Positions 55,186-64,000 of a stretch of DNA of 64,000 bases are shown one piece after another. The notes beneath the pieces were generated by a model. That model was not told the origin of the DNA. It saw only the letters and a list, made by a program, of their open reading frames with translations, and ran no database searches. The DNA lies in NCBI RefSeq assembly GCF_006345805.1, contig NC_043008.1:2294001-2358000 (forward strand). The letters run 5' to 3'. Position 1 is the stretch's first letter. Each line of letters begins with the position of its first letter. The position numbers and the translations under genes are program-made. Source of the DNA: Octopus sinensis. Lineage: Eukaryota.

Positions 55186-55214
55186 ATGAAAAACAGATTT
55201 TTTTACGGGAAATA

Positions 55215-56380
55215 AGAGTATATTAGAGCCATGATAATATAGATATACAATTTTGTACAAAATAAGGCTTTGTTCTTAAACATAATTAAAGTAATCGCCG
55301 GTTTCGCATTGCTCATAAAACTGAGGATTGAAAGAGATAAATTCCTAGGGGAGATAATTGTCCACTCATTTATTTTGCAGTAAAGGGGAGGTAAATCTGT
55401 AACTTTTATTTTTCGTTTTTTTCTGTTCTCTGCTGTATTCTGGCTTGCATCTTCCATTAGATAGGGTAAATCCTTTATTTAATTCTGGATAAATGAGGCC
55501 TCTTTATTCAGTCTTACTTGCGTTAAGTTTCAGAACGCAAGTTGATAAAATGGGAAAATTTAACATTTTGGTTGTTATCGTTCTGTAATTTGTCAGTGTG
55601 TTGCGATATTGTGGCGAGGAATTGTTCTGTCTGTGTACTGTATATCTCTTACAGGACGAGTTTCCTATTGAGTCAATATTATTTCGATAGCAGTCCGAAC
55701 ATCTGATTACGTAAATCATGTTTTGGGAGCAGCAAGTGAAGTTACATCTTGTTTTGAATATTTATCCTTGTCGGAAATAGAATTCCGAAACTTCGAAAAA
55801 ATTGGGACACTTTCCGCTATTAGGGCGACCACACTTTACGACTCTAGTGTGCCTTGTTCTAGAGAATGTTTTGCCATTGGTGAGAATTTTCTTCAATCTC
55901 TTGGTTATAATCGCTCTTAATGATTTTATGGTTACGTAGAATCTCCTTAAGTTTGGAGTATGTATGGAGTATTGGAATATTTTGCACGATGATATTGAAT
56001 GCTTCTTTGTTCCTGGGGTTCTATGTGGAGATATAAGTTAGTGTTTTGTGGGTAGATGTGTTGTTGTGTTTGGCTTTTCTTGTTGCTTTTAATATTAATC
56101 GATTTAACACGTTTAATTCCTTTATATATGAGTTGAGTTGTGTAATGCCTTATATGGAGTACACTTTTAAGCTCTTACAATCTTAGATCTCTGGTATTTT
56201 TCGCGTGGTATTGTGCAAATCCTCCTAGCAAGTTTGAATGGGATATTTGTTTTGGTATGTCTTGGGTGACATGAGCTAAATAGTAGATATCATTTAGCGT
56301 TTGTGGTTTTGCAAAAAAATGTCTTTTTTTATATTTGCTTATCTTTTTAATCAGTATGTCTAGGAATGGGAGTCCCTCGT
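55215..56380 (-). mobile_element. Decayed Penelope-like element (RT thumb, GIY-YIG, 3' UTR/pLTR)
   Basis: LPFLDILIK, YLLFSSCHPRHTKTNIPFKLARRICTI and MIYVIRCSDC are homologous to the element at 2-968; many stops. Confidence 0.88.
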
Positions 56381-56972
56381 GGTGTACAGTTCACAGACAG
56401 CAGATTCCCTCCTCCGCAGAATATCACTAAATATACATCAGTCAACACATTGACGATTGTGCACAGACATTACAACCACAATTCAAAATTTTTAACAACT
56501 CGCATCTTGGACCTCAACAAGAATAATACTGAATAACGAAACCTCATTTATCCAAAAATTAAAACCAGAATTAAATATGGACCCATATTAACAATAAAGG
56601 ACTTACCTTTTTAATGGAAGATGTAAGCCAGAATATAGCAGAGAACAAAAAAAATAAAAATTACAGATTAACCTCCCTTGTACTGCAAAATAAATGAGTG
56701 GACAATTATCTTCCCTGGCAATATCCACCCCACCCCCCATGGCAATAAATCTCTTTCAGCTCTCAGTATGATAAGCAATGCAAAACCATTCCTTACTTCA
56801 ATTATGTTGACTTGGCTTGACAACATTCACCTGGAATGGGTTGAGCTGGCTTCATTCATCCTCAATGCTGTATCTCTCACAAACGCCGACCAGGCCTGGC
56901 GATTATGTTGAAAGAACAAAACCTTATTTTGTACAAAATTATATGATATCATTTTTACCATGGCTCTAATAT
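56381..56972 (+). mobile_element. Inverted pLTR of the Penelope-like element (EN C-terminus + 3' UTR)
   Basis: TVHRQQI..EYH*IYISQHIDDCAQ...ETSFIQKLKPELNM*, then a UTR matching 55215-55510 in reverse complement (aatggaagat, ctgcaaaataaatgagtggacaattatc, ttattttgtacaaaatt). Confidence 0.85.
56811..56901 (-). mobile_element. 91-bp LINE 3'-end insertion with 10-bp TSD
   Basis: Flanked by attatgttga at 56801-56810 and 56902-56911; absent from the other pLTR copy. Reverse complement reads AFVRD...EASSTHSR* with a caagc/caagt tail (RTE-like). Confidence 0.75.
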
Positions 56973-56974
56973 AC

Positions 56975-57714
56975 AGATATATTTACCAAAATTACATAAA
57001 ACTATCTTTAAATATTAAAGATCAAATGTATTCAATTAAATCGCCATTGGCTTCAACCACAGCATCGAGATGACTTTGGAATCTCCTGCAAAACGTCTGG
57101 GCGTTGAATGATGCGATACTCCTTGCCGTCAGTTGATCTTAGGTGTTACAAGGAGTCTTGTTGGTCTCTCACTGATTTCTGCTCCACACATAATAATCAA
57201 GGGGGTTAGAGTCGGGGGATTTAGGTGGCCAGAGTTTAGTAGTGATGTGGCCACAGAAATTGTCTGAGAGACATGACTGACTTCACCTGCTTGTGTATAG
57301 TGCAGAGACTTGTTAGCAGACAGATAGGAATCTCCTGCAGCCACACCCTTCGCCCAAAGTCGCACTATATCCTCCAGGCACTTGGTGTAGGCCTCAGTGA
57401 TAAGTGTGATGCCGTCTGGGAAGATGAATAGAGGCACAACATAACCATCACTAGTGATCACTCTAAACACCATAATGTTGACTGGAGTTTTGAGTTTTAT
57501 CATTCTCTTTACATATTTTGTGGACATGGCAAGTCAACGAAGCAATACAGCATGAAGTTTCAAAATATTTGACAGAGGGAATTGCGTCATTGTGCAGCTT
57601 TTCTCACAGATGGTGCCCAACTAACCCTGCTATGCTTTGTAGTCGACAAACAAACAAACATATGCACGAAATTGAACAGATAAAACGGTGACAATTTACC
57701 CATCGGAGCCTGTA
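56975..57714 (-). mobile_element. Internally deleted Tc1/mariner (maT/DD37D-like) element
   Basis: TA + TIR caggctccgatgggtaaattgtcaccgtttt at 57714. C-terminal transposase KTPVNIMVFRVITSDG..., WPPKSPDSNPLDYYVW and CRRFQSHLDAVVEANGDLIE. Confidence 0.85.
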
Positions 57715-57916
57715 TCCATACATACAAACACACATACATACACATACGCACACACATGTATATACACACATATATATATACATATATATCTTTATATACA
57801 TATATATATATATACATATAGATATGTATATTAGTATATATATATATATATATATATACCAATATACATATCGCTATGTACATACACACACACACACATA
57901 TATATATATAAGGTAA

Positions 57917-58145
57917 AGTATACTAGCCATCTCAATATGGCTAACCACTAAGGGTGGGTGTTACTGTAGCTTTTAGCCCCAGGACATCATCGTCTCCAGC
58001 TGGCTTCAGGCACTCTTTCTGTGCAAATACCATAAGGGCACAGAAAGTGTGACTAAGGCCAGCTGGAGATGATGATCTCCTGGGGCTACAAGCTACAGTA
58101 ACACCCACCCTTAGTGGTTAGCCATATTGAGATGGCTAGTATACT
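57917..58145. mobile_element. Near-perfect fold-back MITE (about 108-bp arms)
   Basis: agtatactagccatctcaatatggctaaccactaagggtgggtgttactgtagc... and its reverse complement, about 7 mismatches, loop of about 13 nt; TA at the ends. Confidence 0.92.
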
Positions 58146-58851
58146 ATACGTTGTCGAGCGGTTACTGTTTGCATCTCGTTCAGAGATTTATTATTGCTAT
58201 ATATATATATATATATATATGTAATACATTACGTATATATATATATTTCATATACAATGACGCATACATAAACACACATACATACACATATTCATAATGC
58301 ACATACGTACATACATATATAGCTATTTATAGAGATATAGGTATAATGTATGTATACATATAAGGTTTATTTGATCTCTTTGAGATTGCCAATCTCTGAA
58401 AGAAAGCACATCTATTTGTCAGATAATCTCTGCTATGATTTATGTTTATCCAAAGAGCAACAAACAGCATGAATACTTCTTTAATATATCATATAGGAAA
58501 AATATGAAATATTAGCAAGCATAATCATGGGGGGGCATATTGAACTTATGGTCACTACAAACTTGGAAAGTGCGACAGGTTCTCATTAACATGCGCAATA
58601 TACAGCAGTTGCCACCGTGATATTTCGTTTTCATACCGTAAGAGCTTCAGAAACGATTCACTCCAGTATTAAAAAAGACAAAATAATACTGCTAAAAAGT
58701 GAAAATATAGACTTTGGATATACACAGGGTTCCTGAAGCAAAATTCAGATATTTTCTTAATGAAAATATTAAAACCATTGAGCATGATTATCGTTGAAGT
58801 CATCACCAGGACAGAGAGGGTGGTCATCATTCCCATACTATTAAGCCTATA

Positions 58852-59472
<621 letters not shown>

Positions 59473-59706
59473 GGTTCTTCTCTCCCCGATAACGTCGTCT
59501 CAATTCCGCGCCACTAATCCTCTATACATTTCTAAAGCAGAACATCCACCAATCCCATTGCTCGATTGGTAGAGGTTGTGAGCGCCTGGTGGAAGAGGAA
59601 GAAGAAATTTACGATAATAGCAAAAAATAGGAAGAAGAACTATTCTCAACTGTACTGATATCACCATGTGTGAGGCCGTTGCAGCCATCTCATCATAATA
59701 TATATA

Positions 59707-59759
<53 letters not shown>

Positions 59760-59764
<5 letters not shown>

Positions 59765-60105
59765 AACTTATAAAAAAAGGGCAAAAGAAAAAAAAGTTTC
59801 TAATGTCAAATATGCCGAAAATAGACACATCGTCCATAACCATTTAATTCATCACTCTGAAATCGGGTCCGATATTATAATAACGGAATTCTTAAGAAAT
59901 TTCTGTCGGCTTTCTTCGAGTCACGTGCTTATAGTGATGAATTATATGGTTATGGACGATGTGTCTATTTTCTGCATATTTGGAATTAGAAATTGCTTTT
60001 CTTTTGCGCTTGTTTATAAATTTAACCTTTAATGGTATTTTTTAATATGCTGGCCATTGATGACATTTTTTTCGAAAAATTTCATCCTATATCAGATGTA
60101 TATAT
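59760..60105. mobile_element. Fold-back element family X, longer copy
   Basis: Arms at 59768-59856 and 59933-60018 (aatagacacatcgtccataaccat...ttcatcact), plus a right-only extension matching 23495-23575. Confidence 0.88.
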
Positions 60106-60573
60106 AAGAATAATATTATTGAAATAAATGACTTCCGGAATTGGAAGTCAATATATCTGAATCACAGTACAACATTGGTGATTACCAGTGATTTATTGTT
60201 GAAAGTTGGAGTTGAAATATTAGATCAAATATGGAGTAAAATTAGTGAATACGTATCGGTTAGCAAAAGGCAATTTTATTCTTTCTATCGTATTACCTCT
60301 TTGTTTACTTTCGCTTTCACTTCCAAATTGTCGCAATTTACAGGTATTAAGAGATGAGAAGGGAAACTTGTAGAAAAGAAAAAAAAGAAAACCTTTGTCT
60401 TCTGCGTATATTTTAACTGTTATTGATCTTCTATTTTTCATCTACATTTCGCTGTACCTACTGTTTTCGTTAATAATGTATCCTCTTTTTTGACGCTCAT
60501 TTTATACACTCACACAGACGCAAATACATATACCTTTATATACATACATGCATACATACACACATATATATAT

Positions 60574-60604
<31 letters not shown>

Positions 60605-60635
60605 CATATATTTACACATACATATACATATATAC

Positions 60636-60685
<50 letters not shown>

Positions 60686-61299
60686 TATATATATAATGTA
60701 TAGAGATACATGCATACATAACATGTGTGTGTATAAATATGCGCATTTACATAGATGTTTATGTGTGTGTGCGAGTGTGTATGTTTGTCTGTATATATGG
60801 TTGTATATAAGTAAACCACAGGGCGCCCTCCTATTTTTGAAATGTCAAAGGTTTGCTCTGTATTTTCGCACCACTCAGGTTGAATACGCTGTGTAGAACC
60901 ATTTTGTCAAAACTCAAAGCTCTTCGTACACTTTTCAGACGGTTAAAGAAAGATTGTTTGGTAAATTTGATTGATGTTACGTTACTGATCTTCAAACTTT
61001 AGACTTTTGCTTTGCGAAACTGTTTTTTGTATTTTTTTATGAGACAAGAAAAAAGAACGTACATTCAATTATTCATTGAATAAGCTCTTATTTGAAACGT
61101 GAGACAAGTATTTCCAGTACACATGTGTTTACTTCAATATAGCTTTTACACTCAATGAGATGTTACTACAAGCACAGATACAAGACTATAAAAGCATATA
61201 CCTATTTATATATACATATATATATCCATGTATTTGCACGTAATCTCTCCAATCCCTCCTTTCTCACTCCCTCTCTCTTTCTCTTTACTTATATTAGCA

Positions 61300-61750
61300 T
61301 CAGGCGCAACTGTATGGTAAGAAAACTGCTTCCGAACCACAAGAATTGCGGTTCAAGGCTAAAACGTGGCACATTGGACAGTGTCTTTTACTATAGCCTC
61401 GGCCCGACTAAATTTTCACAGTGGATTTGATGCATGGATTCCAGAAGAAGCTCCTCTATAGGATGAGCGTTGTGTGTGTGTGTGTGTGGTGCGGTTATAG
61501 ATGAATGTGTGTGTATGTGTGTTTGCGCTATTGAATCTGAGTGTGCTCCACTGCCTCTTAAAATGATGAAGGCGTGTATGTGCCCCATTAACCTTGCGCT
61601 TCAGCAAAAGCAAAAAAAAATCCTTTAGCATAAATACCCGGCTCCGAAAAAATAAGTATGAAGGTCGATTCATTTGAATAAAAAATTCTACAACGCCGTG
61701 CCCCAGCATGGCTCACGTTTATTGACTGGAGCAACTTAAAGAAAAATAAT
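61300..61750 (+). mobile_element. Diverged full-length SINE family C with an internal (GT)n
   Basis: Head aggcgcaactgtatggtaag...aaccaca...tactatagcctcggcccgac; 3' end ggtcgattcattt...ccagcatggc. Confidence 0.75.
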
Positions 61751-61849
61751 AAATGATATACATGCATAGATACAACATACATATACATAAATACATATAC
61801 ATACGTACACGAAAGTAATGCAAGAACGTGAGATGCAAGGATCGTGAAA

Positions 61850-62232
61850 GGTTGTATGCACTAATTTCCATCTTTTTATTGACAACTGCATTTTGTTTTC
61901 AGATAAAAAAGCAGATATCAACAATAACTAGTGTCGAACTCGCTTGCAGGTGGACATAATTTGACATTATATTGTTATTTACTACTTGGAGTAAAAATGC
62001 TTTAGTCCCAAAAGCGTTCATGCTGATGTGGTTGCTATATCTAGGGGATGAAGCATCTGCTTTATGGAAAAGGGTAAAGTGGGCAGCTGTACTTAGGATG
62101 GGAAGGAAGTGTCTAGAATATAAGCAGATGTCTGGAAGTCCTGCAGCAGCCACAACTGAAGAAAGTATTGATGGTCTTCACAACATGATGACGGATAACA
62201 GGTGTTTGAACAATAAATTAAACAGCCAATAA
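61850..62232 (+). mobile_element. Mariner transposase N-terminal remnant
   Basis: PKSVHADVVA/LGDEASAL...KWAAVLRMGRKCLE...SGSPAAATTEESID matches the mariner HTH region (W...F..GR.SLED..RSGRP.TATT.ENI). Confidence 0.85.
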
Positions 62233-62379
62233 GAACAAAAAGACAAGGACGATGACAACAACGACGACGACGACGACGACGAAGAAGAAGAAGAAGAAGA
62301 GAAGAAGAAGAAGAAGGTGAGCAGCACCAATAAGACTAACACTTCGAGAGAGTATCCACAGACTCATATATGTGTGTGT

Positions 62380-62562
62380 GTACATATACATACATATGCA
62401 TATATATGTATATATATATATGTATATATATATGTATATAAATGTTCATATATATGTGTATGTGTATACATATATATATATATATGCGTATATAAATGTA
62501 CATACATATGTGTGTGTACATATATATATATATATATGTGTATATATATATACATATCTAAA

Positions 62563-62625
<63 letters not shown>

Positions 62626-62670
62626 TATATATACATATATATACATGTATATCTGTATATACATACACAC
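62380..62670. repeat. Degenerate (AT)n/(GTAT)n microsatellite
   Basis: Directly visible. Confidence 0.95.
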
Positions 62671-63295
62671 ACTCTCACACCCATATATATACCCACCGCA
62701 ATCAGGCTGTGAGTAATGTGTCAGCAGCCATTTTTAAATAGGCCAATAGTAAAATACATTTTCGACAGAGGCAGGTACATCAACAAGTGTTTGTTTTTGA
62801 TGTACACCTATATCACTGCTTGCGTGCGTAAGACTGCAATTTGTGCGCGTATGCGCCTTTTTCATATTGAAAAAATATCCTATTCTCAAGAAAAATATTT
62901 ACTGTCATATTTCTCTGCAGACATAATTGAATCATTCATATTTAAGAGAATGTGATTTTCCCCTCTTAATGTAAGTATTGAGAATTCAAAAAAGTGAACA
63001 CAAAAAATTCATACTCGCACACACACACTCACGCATACACACACATGCATGCGCACACACTATCAGATGCAAACACAGGCGCACACATGCACGCACACGC
63101 ACATAGATATGTACACATACACGCACACCCATGTATATATGTTTATATAGAGAGACATATACATATATGTATATATGTGTCTGTGTGTGCTATATAAACA
63201 GAGAGAGAAAGAAACTCATACATGTATATGCATGCATACATATATGTAGCTTCACATATATACAAACACACATATATGTATACACACACACACAT

Positions 63296-63337
<42 letters not shown>

Positions 63338-63819
63338 TTCCTTCTCTCTTATATATATATATATATACACTTAAATGCACATAAGCATTTCATATTTGTA
63401 TACACATGTGGCTATGAGAAATTTGAGATATTTTCTGTCATTAGACTGAATGGTTTAGAAATGTAACCACTTCAAATTTGAGTTATACCAAATAAAGAAC
63501 CTATTTTCAAAAGATGATTATTGTATTTTTTTTTCTTTTTCGATATGTATTTTCTATTTCGCCTTTGATTATTTTTTCTTCACGAGAAACATACGTATAT
63601 TATTTTTAAATAAGCATCATTATATTTTCTGCCAGCGACTGCAAAACAGAGAATATTCCGTAGTAGGGACATTCAGCTTCATTTAATGGAAAATATATAC
63701 TTTTCGATTTTGTCTGCTTTGTCGTATTTTTCGTTTTTTGCTTATATTGTCGTCTCATAAAGTGAATCATTTTATAAGGAATATGATTGTTGCTACTACC
63801 GTTAATACACTAATACTAT

Positions 63820-64000
<181 letters not shown>

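Overview
AT-rich eukaryotic DNA, very rich in microsatellites and transposons. The tRNA-headed SINE families and the (AT)n/(GATA)n/(AAT)n load suggest an octopus or other coleoid cephalopod (inference). All long ORFs in the track are either repeat read-through or transposon fragments, and no named host gene can be supported. Recognisable mobile elements: Penelope-like elements (one near-intact RT-thumb/GIY-YIG 3' end, one decayed copy with an inverted pLTR), Tx1/L1-like, R4/Dong-like and RTE LINE fragments, Tc1/mariner remnants, a complete non-autonomous Helitron, many SINEs and several fold-back/MITE elements. The strongest non-obvious signals are RNA structures read by eye. One is a near-complete HDV-like ribozyme fold whose predicted cleavage site is the apparent 5' end of an RTE LINE (35564-35706, minus). 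Another is a set of minimal type-I hammerhead ribozymes with a U3-A8 core variant tied to Penelope pLTRs. Several retroelements sit inside or against specific microsatellites (Tx1-like in (GATA)n, R4-like at (AAT)n). A chain of short candidate exons on the minus strand is reported at low confidence. Coordinates were counted by hand and may be off by a few bases.
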